Origin: a virus
Lineage: Duplodnaviria; Caudoviricetes
DNA length: 26,847 nt
Reading direction: 5' to 3' (one strand)
Virus record (IMG/VR): IMGVR_UViG_3300025723_000143
Location: 1 to 26,847 of that record
The notes beneath the pieces are model-generated. The model saw only the letters and a program-made list of their open reading frames with translations, did not search any database and was not told the DNA's origin. Positions within the stretch are counted from its first letter, which is position 1. Every line of letters starts with the position of its first letter. The translations under genes were made by a program, and so were the position numbers. This document shows positions 18,514-25,817 of this stretch, piece by piece.

Positions 18514-20106
18514 TTATATCCTTTGGACCTTGCCTTCTACGGGTGCAAAACGCCTGATCTCGAAATTGTTGGCTCTGCTGACAACGGATTCACCATGACC
18601 TTGGATCAACGCCAAAACGCCAATCCTTGCTGAGTCAATATGGTCATCAGGATCACTAAACCGACCTTGGGAATCAATAGCGTAGTTTCTGCATTCATCA
18701 AGAAACGCTTTACAATTTTCATTAATCATAAAGGTTTTACGCTCAAACCCCATTCGCATTATATTGATTCCATATGATTTGTGGTTAGTTACTTTACCTT
18801 GATCATTCGCGGGGTTCAAAATAGCCCCAGATATGCAGTTTAAGCCATAATTATCTTCAAAGACTTCCCTGACACTTTGCTCACTTAACGTGTACCGACC
18901 TGCGGTTGCAGCGTCATGGGGCAAAGCAATAGGCACTCCTTTAGATTCCCGATCCAGCAAATAATGCACATATTCGTCAGGAGTTTCGCCAGAAGGAATC
19001 TTAACTTGCCTCTGAAGATAAATGATTTCCTCGACTGGATCACGGAAAAAGAAGCTGATTACAGTTGGGTCATTTTTAATTCCCAAATCAAAACTAATTA
19101 ACCGCTCGAGCTTTTCATTGTCCCTAAGATCAATATCCGTACTCTTGTAGGTTGGCCAATCAAGGATAGGGAACACCACGCCCTGACCTACCAAGGGAAT
19201 GCCTTTCATACGGCAATCCCGCTCCCAAGGCATAAAGTCCCTAGACAACTGCTCACGTTCTTCTTTGCTAAAGAACGGCTCATCCCATTCATTGACATAC
19301 GGGACATCGTCCCAAGTCACCCTGACATGGCAGTAGCCCTCGACTTGATCCCAGAACTTACGCACCAGACCCGTCAGACCTTTGAGAGGAGTAAACGAAC
19401 ATATGACCTGTCCATTTCTGGAAGCAGTACGAACGACAAGTTCAGAGAATGTTTCATCAGGAGGCTGCTCATCAAGGACAACCAAATCAAGCTCATAACC
19501 CTGCAAATGCCTGGTTTCTTGAGTGTAGTTAGAAAAGTAAAGCTTAGACTTACCGCCCGACTTATGCCAGACTTCCATCGCAAGAACATTGGCACCATCG
19601 GAACGAATCGATTTTGGATCAATCGTGGCTTTAGGAATAGACCCCGAACCTAGCTTGTAAGATTGTTTAATATCATCGCAACCCAATAACTTTGACTGTA
19701 GCGTTTTAGCAACTTGCTCCCAAGATTCACCAGAACACATTGCAATGATTGGCTCATCAAATACTTTGCCTTTCCACCATTTGGGATACTGGCCAGTTAA
19801 ATGGTAAGCGGTTTCAAACGTACTAGCAATTGTCTTACCAGATCGATTGGCGGCAATCATTCCTCTTCTGGAGAACTGGGTGCCTGTCTCAAAAAACCGC
19901 TTTTGGTAGTCGAATGGCTTGAACCATTTCAGCTGGTCAAACATCATGTTATAAGCAATCTTGTCCCTAGCAACGCTCATGCTTGCCAGTTGTTCCTTGC
20001 TCATTAACTTTGTTGCTTTTTTACCACCCGACAGCTTTACCAGGTACTTGAGTGCCCTTTGGCGGTAGAGCGGAAGTACATAGTCACTAGCTTCACTTTT
20101 TGCCAT
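18514..20106 (-). CDS. terL: Terminase large subunit
   Basis: Walker A 'AANRSGKT', Walker B 'LVVLDE', motif III 'FTP', RNase H-like nuclease 'SFDLG..NDPT', 'PHDA', 'DDHIDS.R'. Confidence 0.95.
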   Translation of the reverse strand: MAKSEASDYVLPLYRQRALKYLVKLSGGKKATKLMSKEQLASMSVARDKIAYNMMFDQLKWFKPFDYQKRFFETGTQFSRRGMIAANRSGKTIASTFETAYHLTGQYPKWWKGKVFDEPIIAMCSGESWEQVAKTLQSKLLGCDDIKQSYKLGSGSIPKATIDPKSIRSDGANVLAMEVWHKSGGKSKLYFSNYTQETRHLQGYELDLVVLDEQPPDETFSELVVRTASRNGQVICSFTPLKGLTGLVRKFWDQVEGYCHVRVTWDDVPYVNEWDEPFFSKEEREQLSRDFMPWERDCRMKGIPLVGQGVVFPILDWPTYKSTDIDLRDNEKLERLISFDLGIKNDPTVISFFFRDPVEEIIYLQRQVKIPSGETPDEYVHYLLDRESKGVPIALPHDAATAGRYTLSEQSVREVFEDNYGLNCISGAILNPANDQGKVTNHKSYGINIMRMGFERKTFMINENCKAFLDECRNYAIDSQGRFSDPDDHIDSARIGVLALIQGHGESVVSRANNFEIRRFAPVEGKVQRI

Positions 20107-20281
20107 ACTTGTCGCACAAATCTAAAAGTATTTCAGCAGCGCTGGCCAGATAGAAGATTTCTTCAGGGGTTAACGTTTGGTTGCCTCTGAGATTCTTTTC
20201 TAGAATTTCCAGACTCTTTCGAGCGCAAACTTCCGTTTGAGCGTGAAGCTTGTCTCTAAAGACTTCGGAATAGTTTTCCAT
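20093..20281 (-). CDS. Small hypothetical protein overlapping the terL start
   Basis: 62 aa, starts immediately after the upstream stop and overlaps terL by 14 nt. Confidence 0.65.
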   Translation of the reverse strand: MENYSEVFRDKLHAQTEVCARKSLEILEKNLRGNQTLTPEEIFYLASAAEILLDLCDKYGKK

Positions 20282-20923
20282 TTAAGCCCAAGGGTTAGCA
20301 ATATTCTTTTCAGTAAATGAAATGATATCTTTGTCGATCAATGACCAGATGCCTGCACCCTTTTCACCAATGCAGAAAGAATAGATACCCCGACCTTTTT
20401 CTGTAAACGAGCCATCTTGTCTACGAAGGAGAATCTCTTCGGTACGGGGGTCGATCCAAGAATACTTTTCAGGTTGGGTCTGGCCAAACTTATTGATTCG
20501 TGAGCCAACAGCAACTTGTTCTACAGGCCCAGAAATCTCATAAGTAATCATGCCGTTATCGTACTTCCAGAAGTTCATCATAACCTTGCGGTCAGATTGT
20601 GGGTCTAGAGGGTGGGGCATGTTGGTAGCGCCGAAGAAATGAACCCTAGACGTTACTGGTGGTAAGTCAGGGCTTCTTTCGGGCAATGGTTTGATATCGT
20701 CAACAGGAATAAGTTCCTTGCGATCAATGTAGGGGTTCTCATCCGTCTGATATTCAGAAGGAATTTTTTTACCCTCTAGCGCGTTCTTAGCAACCAGGTA
20801 CTGTTCTTCTTTGGGTTTGCCAACGAGGTCAAGTGCAACCTGGGTTTTGTCGTAGACGAATTGTGCTAAGTCTTTAGCCGTGGGTAAGTCAGCCTTTAAG
20901 GCTTCAACATCATAAGTAGCCAT
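20282..20923 (-). CDS. Hypothetical protein
   Basis: 213 aa, AAGGA RBS, globular-looking sequence, no recognised motif. Confidence 0.8.
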   Translation of the reverse strand: MATYDVEALKADLPTAKDLAQFVYDKTQVALDLVGKPKEEQYLVAKNALEGKKIPSEYQTDENPYIDRKELIPVDDIKPLPERSPDLPPVTSRVHFFGATNMPHPLDPQSDRKVMMNFWKYDNGMITYEISGPVEQVAVGSRINKFGQTQPEKYSWIDPRTEEILLRRQDGSFTEKGRGIYSFCIGEKGAGIWSLIDKDIISFTEKNIANPWA

Positions 20924-20935
20924 TTCAATTCCTTG

Positions 20936-21163
20936 TTAAACGTTTTTGGGAACGCTGGGTTTTTCAAATTTACCTTTAGACTTCACATTGTTGGTATGTT
21001 GGGTCGATAGGGTTTTTACTGCATAAGCATCTTTTACGGCAGTAGCAATTACTTTTGCTCTACCATTGGATTCCGAAAAGGTTTCCAACTTGTCATTGAT
21101 TCCTTTGGTAAGCCCTTTGGCCATCTGCTTACCACCATTAATCACTTTTCCATAACCAGACAT
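20936..21163 (-). CDS. Small Lys-rich hypothetical protein
   Basis: 75 aa, GAGG RBS, basic. Confidence 0.7.
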   Translation of the reverse strand: MSGYGKVINGGKQMAKGLTKGINDKLETFSESNGRAKVIATAVKDAYAVKTLSTQHTNNVKSKGKFEKPSVPKNV

Positions 21164-21170
21164 ATTAACC

Positions 21171-21482
21171 TCACTTTAGATAGTTGGTGCGATCGGAGTT
21201 CAAATACCCGTCATTATGAATCTTGCCATCATAAGGTGTTGGCTTAGCCAACAACACAGCTTGTTTACGGCCACCAGTAGCACCTGATTTGGTGTCATCA
21301 GTAGCACGAGCAAACTTAGGAGCACCTTGGTTACCAGAAGGCTGATTAAGACCGCCTTTGGGATTCGTGACTCCAGTCACACCGCAATAGTGAGAAGCCT
21401 CCATCTTACCGATATTGCCCTTGCGATTAGGAGCTTGAGCCATCAATGTAGGAGCCTTATTACCAGAAGTATATCCACTCAT
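21171..21482 (-). CDS. Gly/Lys-rich, probably disordered hypothetical protein
   Basis: 103 aa, AGGTGA RBS, ATGA overlap with the upstream small ORF. Confidence 0.7.
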   Translation of the reverse strand: MSGYTSGNKAPTLMAQAPNRKGNIGKMEASHYCGVTGVTNPKGGLNQPSGNQGAPKFARATDDTKSGATGGRKQAVLLAKPTPYDGKIHNDGYLNSDRTNYLK

Positions 21483-21634
21483 TTTTTCACCTTTTTGGAT
21501 TTGCGTTTGTCATCAGAATCACGTTTCATGGCGTAGGCAATAGCAACTGCCTGTTTCTCAGGTTTACCAGCTTCACGTTCAGTAGCAATATTCTTACTGA
21601 AGGCTTTCTTACTACCAGATTTCATTAATGGCAT
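21479..21634 (-). CDS. Small basic phage protein (not in ORF track)
   Basis: Hand translation [51 protein letters not shown] (51 aa); fills the gap exactly; 'KQAVAIA' motif recalled from small phage proteins. Confidence 0.8.
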   Translation of the reverse strand: MPLMKSGSKKAFSKNIATEREAGKPEKQAVAIAYAMKRDSDDKRKSKKVKK

Positions 21635-21635
21635 T

Positions 21636-21995
21636 TTAGACTTTCTTTAAAGATTCTAGGAAATTTTCTAATGCCTCATCGGCATCAATCTCATCCTCTT
21701 TCTGAATATTCTGAACATGCTCTATCGAGATGATAGGCGCTCTAGAAGACTCAAATGGAGCCAGTTTATCAGCAATTCTAGCCTTATCTTTCATATCCAA
21801 CTCATCAGACTGCATGGCATCAATCAAAACCTCCATAGCCGTCTTTAAAGGTGGTAGCCCTTTTGCTGTTCTTTCTGTATTCAATCGGTTGAATAACGCA
21901 CCATACTCAGTAACATTGTTAACCACCGACTTAGGTTTCGGTAGTCTCTTCCCAGTTGCCAATTCAATTGCTATCTGTGCGTCTTTGGTTTTCAT
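21636..21995 (-). CDS. terS: Probable terminase small subunit
   Basis: 119 aa, helical; 'T..EVL..AM.SD.....K..IA..LAPF' resembles TerS oligomerisation helices; upstream of terL and close to the large non-coding region. Confidence 0.5.
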   Translation of the reverse strand: MKTKDAQIAIELATGKRLPKPKSVVNNVTEYGALFNRLNTERTAKGLPPLKTAMEVLIDAMQSDELDMKDKARIADKLAPFESSRAPIISIEHVQNIQKEDEIDADEALENFLESLKKV

Positions 21996-22470
21996 ACCAT
22001 TCCTTCACATCCATGTACGCAAAAGACCCATGAACCGTAAACCCTCTCTTTTCATGAATCCTCATAAACCCCTGATAGTCTCCCCTAACACTAGTAGAAC
22101 AAACCATCGGTATATTCCAATGATAAGCCCATAACAAATGTTGGTCAATCATTTGGTTAATTATTCTATATCTGGTCCTTGTCGGCAGCGTCAGATCAAC
22201 ATGGTGAAACTTTGAGTTACATATTTCCTTGGTTGAATAGGGCGCATACCCTCCCCTATCAAACCAACATACCCCCAATATCCGATCCCCCTCAGTACAC
22301 TTTGCGATCAGTTCTTTAGATTTATCAAACATCTGTACTGTGGATGCAACTGTTAATACCCTGTGGATAAAGTCCCTGTCGTAACCCAAAGTACTCTCAT
22401 CCCTGTAAATAGGCTCAAACGTATCAATAACCCGTAGAGCCTCATAAGGTGTAACCAATGACCATTCCAT
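21964..22470 (-). CDS. GNAT-fold acetyltransferase-like protein
   Basis: 168 aa, GGAG RBS; 'GDRILGVCW' hairpin, 'HVD....R..I...MID....WA', C-terminal 'IHEKRGF' match the GNAT motif A/B layout, although motif A is degenerate. Confidence 0.5.
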   Translation of the reverse strand: MEWSLVTPYEALRVIDTFEPIYRDESTLGYDRDFIHRVLTVASTVQMFDKSKELIAKCTEGDRILGVCWFDRGGYAPYSTKEICNSKFHHVDLTLPTRTRYRIINQMIDQHLLWAYHWNIPMVCSTSVRGDYQGFMRIHEKRGFTVHGSFAYMDVKEWYENQRRTDSN

Positions 22471-22653
22471 GCTAAGTCTCCATTTCCTGTAGATCAGTAT
22501 ACAACGTAAAAAGGTTTATTAAACGTAAGACTTAAAGTTTTTGTAGAAATTTTGGGAATGGGTGAGTGGGCCCCCCTCCCTCCCCATGAATCCAGCTGTA
22601 CCCCCCCTCTCTCTCCTCTGAAAACGCCTGGGGGGGGGATAGATTTTAGGCGC

Positions 22654-22666
22654 TGATGGGGGGGTC
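22654..22666 (+). repeat. Left arm of inverted repeat bounding the opposite-strand island
   Basis: TGATGGGGGGGTC; 12/13 identical to the reverse complement of 24982-24994. Confidence 0.7.
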
Positions 22667-22881
22667 CGATTGTTATTGTGTTCAAAGTTTAATAGTAAAG
22701 TAATGGAATGGTTCGCGCTAATGGGCTTGTCTCTACTGTCTCTCTCCTTACTGTTTCCCTATACGTTACGGGGGAATCTATTGTTTTCGAGGGTTTGGGC
22801 GTTCGAGCTACATACCTCTTATTACTCTCTCTCCATTAGTTGCTATTCTTTTACTTAGGTTATATGGGTGTTTTTATATCC

Positions 22882-22890
22882 TGTGGATAA
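22882..22890 (-). promoter_or_regulatory. Consensus DnaA box
   Basis: TGTGGATAA = TTATCCACA on the minus strand, in non-coding DNA upstream of an AT-rich tract; a second perfect copy lies at 22362-22370 inside a CDS. Confidence 0.5.
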
Positions 22891-22899
22891 CGTGTTTAC

Positions 22900-22924
22900 A
22901 TCTTGATTAGTGCATATTCAAGAT
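22900..22924. promoter_or_regulatory. Operator-like inverted repeat
   Basis: ATCTTGA-N11-TCAAGAT, perfect 7-bp arms. Confidence 0.4.
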
Positions 22925-22978
22925 TAGAGTTAATTTATTTATTTTCATTTATTTACTATTTATTAGGGTTTATACCTA

Positions 22979-23007
22979 TGGTCTTTTGGTTATTCAATCG
23001 TTATATT
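22979..23007 (+). promoter_or_regulatory. Candidate sigma70 promoter of the island operon
   Basis: TGGTCT-N17-TATATT, AT-rich UP-like tract upstream, about 45 nt before the first ATG; the -35 element is weak. Confidence 0.35.
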
Positions 23008-23053
23008 AGTAGGACTGGGGCACATTGACTCCAGGCATTTAAAGGGGAACAAA

Positions 23054-23233
23054 ATGAAATATGAAATATGGCAAGACAATGGCGTCTCAACGATTTTTGA
23101 ATATGATTCAAATGATTTTGATGAGGTATTAAATGCTTTTTGTGCTGAAGCAGGATATATAGATCATTCAAATTATGCTGCGCATTTTGAGCTGGCGGAT
23201 AGTCCATTCAATATTAGAGTAATAAAGGATTAA
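23054..23233 (+). CDS. Small acidic protein (not in ORF track)
   Basis: Hand translation MKYEIWQDNGVSTIFEYDSNDFDEVLNAFCAEAGYIDHSNYAAHFELADSPFNIRVIKD (59 aa); AAGGGG RBS. Confidence 0.75.
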   Translation: MKYEIWQDNGVSTIFEYDSNDFDEVLNAFCAEAGYIDHSNYAAHFELADSPFNIRVIKD

Positions 23234-23236
23234 ACA

Positions 23237-23314
23237 ATGAGAAAACTAATTGATTTTATTGTCTTAATGTTATTGTGTGTGTTTATTGGTTATCTATTGT
23301 CTTTCAACGTTTAA
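23237..23314 (+). CDS. Single-pass membrane peptide (not in ORF track)
   Basis: MRKLIDFIVLMLLCVFIGYLLSFNV (25 aa); AAGGA RBS; fits between neighbouring ORFs. Confidence 0.6.
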   Translation: MRKLIDFIVLMLLCVFIGYLLSFNV

Positions 23315-23325
23315 AGGAAATGAAA

Positions 23326-23529
23326 ATGAAATTATCTGAAACTATTGCAGCTATTGCAGCGAATGAAACATATGACGAAAAAGCACTATTAAAGTGTTTA
23401 TCTATTAAATTGATTTTGCGTGATGAATATTTTGATGTTATTCAACGTTATTTAGCTGGTAACACTAAAAACATGGACCATGTTTTACTTGGCGATATTT
23501 CGGTTTGTTTACATAAATTAGGGGCATAA
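23326..23529 (+). CDS. Hypothetical protein
   Basis: AAGGA RBS 7 nt before ATG 23326 (preferred to ORF-track start 23275); 67 aa. Confidence 0.7.
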   Translation: MKLSETIAAIAANETYDEKALLKCLSIKLILRDEYFDVIQRYLAGNTKNMDHVLLGDISVCLHKLGA

Positions 23530-23530
23530 A

Positions 23531-24304
23531 ATGAAAATGAATAGTAAATTTAAACCATTGGGTTATATAGTATATGAGGGTCCCTCATTATTAGACGGTT
23601 CACCTATTGTAGTAATTATCAATAAGATTAAAGCTGCATCAAAAAACACAAAAACGGGCGCATTGGTGCAAAGCTTTATTATCCGATCGGATATTAACCC
23701 TGTTGAAGCCCTTAAAACGGGCGCGGACGCTGCTATTTGTGGGCATTGTATACATAGGCCTTCATTGGCGGCTTATACGGGCGCTCCACAATGTTACGTT
23801 AATGTAGGTCGATCGGTTTTAATGGTTTATAACGCATATAAGCGCGGCCGATATGTTAAAGCTTCACCTAATGAGGTCGCACATTATTTGACGGGTTTAA
23901 AGCTTCGCATTGGCACATATGGAGACGGCGCAGCTGCACCAGTAAAAATATGGCAAGAGTTAACCCAATTTACAGCGAACCATGTAGGTTATACGCATCA
24001 ATGGGAAAATGCACAATTTGACCATAGTGCATGGGCACCATTAGCAATGGCCAGCGCCGATACCATTGACGAAGCTGCCAGGGCTAATTTATATGGTATG
24101 CGGGTTTTTAGGGTCTCTGTAGGCGTTGACAAGCAAGTGGGCGAAGCTGCATGTCCTGCCAGCGCCGAAAGCGGGAAAAAAACAACGTGTGAAAATTGTA
24201 TGCTTTGCGCTGGTACTAGTAAAAATGCAAAAGATATCGTTATTGCGGACCATGCTCTAGGGCATAAAAAACGGGTTATTTCAATTCAATCAGTAGGGGT
24301 TTAA
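23531..24304 (+). CDS. Cysteine-rich phage protein, possibly a non-canonical radical-SAM/Fe-S enzyme
   Basis: 257 aa; 'ICGHC..CYVN', 'LRIGTYGD', 'GYTHQW', 'MASAD', C-terminal 'CPA..TCENCMLC'. The CDS is solid; the function is inferred. Confidence 0.6.
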   Translation: MKMNSKFKPLGYIVYEGPSLLDGSPIVVIINKIKAASKNTKTGALVQSFIIRSDINPVEALKTGADAAICGHCIHRPSLAAYTGAPQCYVNVGRSVLMVYNAYKRGRYVKASPNEVAHYLTGLKLRIGTYGDGAAAPVKIWQELTQFTANHVGYTHQWENAQFDHSAWAPLAMASADTIDEAARANLYGMRVFRVSVGVDKQVGEAACPASAESGKKTTCENCMLCAGTSKNAKDIVIADHALGHKKRVISIQSVGV

Positions 24305-24305
24305 T

Positions 24306-24530
24306 ATGACATTTAATATAAACACATTATCACGAAGCGAATTAATCGCTCAAATTGTCAATAGTGAAATTGAATTTAAGCAAAATCTCGAATTTTTACT
24401 ATGTGATTATTTTGCGACATTTTCAACTGAAGATTTGAAAGAACGGTTTATGGATTTTGATTTACATTTACCCTATATACACGCGGCTTCTTATATTGAA
24501 ACCGATAAACACCTAATGGGGCCATTGTGA
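24306..24530 (+). CDS. Small acidic hypothetical protein
   Basis: 74 aa, AGGGG RBS, starts 1 nt after the upstream stop. Confidence 0.7.
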   Translation: MTFNINTLSRSELIAQIVNSEIEFKQNLEFLLCDYFATFSTEDLKERFMDFDLHLPYIHAASYIETDKHLMGPL

Positions 24531-24679
24531 TTAGAGGGTCAATTGTGGCCCTTGGAAATGACGAAGCTTTATATACTGTGGCCCATATCGAAAATGGCTT
24601 CGTATTTATTTACAAATTGAGAAACCCTAAAAAACCGATAAAAGTCCCCATAAATTCAGTAAGACTATTAATTCTCTGA
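24527..24679 (+). CDS. Small beta-rich (SH3-like pattern) protein (not in ORF track)
   Basis: GTGA overlap with the upstream stop; MIRGSIVALGNDEALYTVAHIENGFVFIYKLRNPKKPIKVPINSVRLLIL (50 aa); ends just before a terminator. Confidence 0.65.
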   Translation: MIRGSIVALGNDEALYTVAHIENGFVFIYKLRNPKKPIKVPINSVRLLIL

Positions 24680-24691
24680 TTTTTCCCTTTT

Positions 24692-24717
24692 GCCCTCTTA
24701 ATTGAGGGCTTTTTTTT
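24692..24717 (+). terminator. Rho-independent terminator of the island operon
   Basis: GCCCTC-TTAATT-GAGGGC followed by T8. Confidence 0.9.
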
Positions 24718-24761
24718 GCCTACTATTTAATGGTTTACATTAGTATTTATAAACCTAATTT

Positions 24762-24978
24762 AAACGCGTTTTAAGCCCTTTGGAGCGGTTTATTTATGCA
24801 GCATAGGGCAAAGTATTAACCCTGTTTTTTTAATCGATTGTGAGCGGTTTTAATCGATCGTACCATGCAAAATAGTACTTTTACTCTATATTGGGGGGCA
24901 TTTTAGAGTAATTTTGTGTGATTTTGTGTTTTTTTTCTAAAAAACGATAAAAAAACTATTTCCGCGCTAAAAAACGAT
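24762..24978. repeat. Cluster of short direct and inverted repeats in non-coding DNA
   Basis: Palindrome AAACGCGTTT (24762-24771); GAGCGGTTT x2 (24783, 24842); TTTTAATCGAT x2 (24828, 24848); TTACTCTA/TAGAGTAA (24881/24904); ATTTTGTGT x2 (24911, 24921); CTAAAAAACGAT x2 (24937, 24967). Confidence 0.75.
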
Positions 24979-24981
24979 TTA

Positions 24982-24994
24982 GACCCCCCCTTCA
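24982..24994 (-). repeat. Right arm of inverted repeat bounding the opposite-strand island
   Basis: GACCCCCCCTTCA = TGAAGGGGGGGTC on the minus strand. Confidence 0.7.
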
Positions 24995-25030
24995 TTTTTC
25001 AACTAATTTGCAAATCCAAAAAGTAAATAA

Positions 25031-25303
25031 TTAGCACTTCCAATTTCTTAGACTTGCTTTTGCTCTTTCTGCTGGACCCTTGGCATTTCTAACAACGCCT
25101 TCCATCCTGGCACAAAATGATGCTTTTCTTCCCTTGTCTTTTTCAGTCTTCGGGCTGGGTGCAGGTGCTTTTAAATGTGATCCATTCTTTTTGTTGTACT
25201 CTGCACGGCCTTTGGCGGTCATACCAGCGCCTTTGTCAGTAGGGTTGTATGTCTTGCCCTTACCAGTCGTTTTGTGGGCTATAGGCTTGTCGTGCTTCTT
25301 CAT
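25031..25303 (-). CDS. Basic phage protein with 'R.SFCARM' motif
   Basis: 90 aa, Lys-rich; 'G.T.KGR..YN...GS.LK.P', 'RKASFCARM', C-terminal 'W.C' recalled from a conserved phage family of unknown function. Confidence 0.8.
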   Translation of the reverse strand: MKKHDKPIAHKTTGKGKTYNPTDKGAGMTAKGRAEYNKKNGSHLKAPAPSPKTEKDKGRKASFCARMEGVVRNAKGPAERAKASLRNWKC

Positions 25304-25458
25304 TTCTTGGCCGTTTTCGCTGAGTTTTTGAATGCTTGGGCAGTTGGAGCGCCCTTGGAACCAACTTTCCTCATCTTTTCCACAGGTTTTCCCTCAGCTT
25401 TCTCCTTCTTGATCCGTTCTTGCTTTTTGTGGATATTGGCATAGAGTCCAGGTTTCAT
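25300..25458 (-). CDS. Small basic phage protein (not in ORF track)
   Basis: Hand translation MKPGLYANIHKKQERIKKEKAEGKPVEKMRKVGSKGAPTAQAFKNSAKTAKK (52 aa); AAGGA RBS; ATGA overlap downstream. Confidence 0.8.
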   Translation of the reverse strand: MKPGLYANIHKKQERIKKEKAEGKPVEKMRKVGSKGAPTAQAFKNSAKTAKK

Positions 25459-25459
25459 A

Positions 25460-25816
25460 TTAATCCTTTCTGATCAAGTACAAAGTTCTGTCAATTTGGG
25501 TTTGAATTCCATCGACCAATGTCTGAATGGCAGAATCTTGGGGCAATTTGTTTCTGTTTTCCTCGACATATTGCTTCAATGCCATCACTTCTTCTTCGCC
25601 AGTCGCAGCTGGATGGAAATAGTCTACAGGAAACTGCGGGACGGTGTTATAACCCCCCATTATTGCTTCTGCAAGTTCGTCAACTTGGTCTGACAATAGT
25701 TCGTAGAATTTACCCAAAACACGATGTTTAAAGCCGTTTTTCTCTTGCCAATGCAATAAATGGACGTTTGTAACGCCATGAAGCATCGTTAACAGGAATT
25801 CGCCAACTGGGTCCAT
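25460..25816 (-). CDS. Dps/ferritin-like four-helix protein
   Basis: 'H.LHW......H..L..FY..L...VDELAE' matches the Dps ferroxidase-centre pattern; ATG at 25816 with AGGAG RBS. Confidence 0.75.
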   Translation of the reverse strand: MDPVGEFLLTMLHGVTNVHLLHWQEKNGFKHRVLGKFYELLSDQVDELAEAIMGGYNTVPQFPVDYFHPAATGEEEVMALKQYVEENRNKLPQDSAIQTLVDGIQTQIDRTLYLIRKD

Positions 25817-25817
25817 A

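Noticed and set aside
279-22134. Plus-strand and alternative-frame ORFs overlapping the structural genes (e.g. 9901-10224, 16653-17018, 21730-22134)
   Set aside because: They are shadows of long, motif-bearing minus-strand genes and show no recognisable protein features.
22494-23207. ORF-track calls 22494-22685, 22670-22858 and 23001-23207
   Set aside because: The first two run through homopolymer and low-complexity DNA from non-ATG starts without a clear RBS; the third is antisense to the better-supported 23054-23233 gene.
24837-24847. lac operator-like ATTGTGAGCGG (possible vector contamination)
   Set aside because: Only 11 bp of one half-site match, the GATAACAATT half is absent, and the flanks are not vector-like.
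22654-24994. Tn3-family transposon (ends begin GGGGTC)
   Set aside because: Similarity between the ends does not extend to ~38 bp, there is no 5-bp target duplication, and no transposase or resolvase is encoded.
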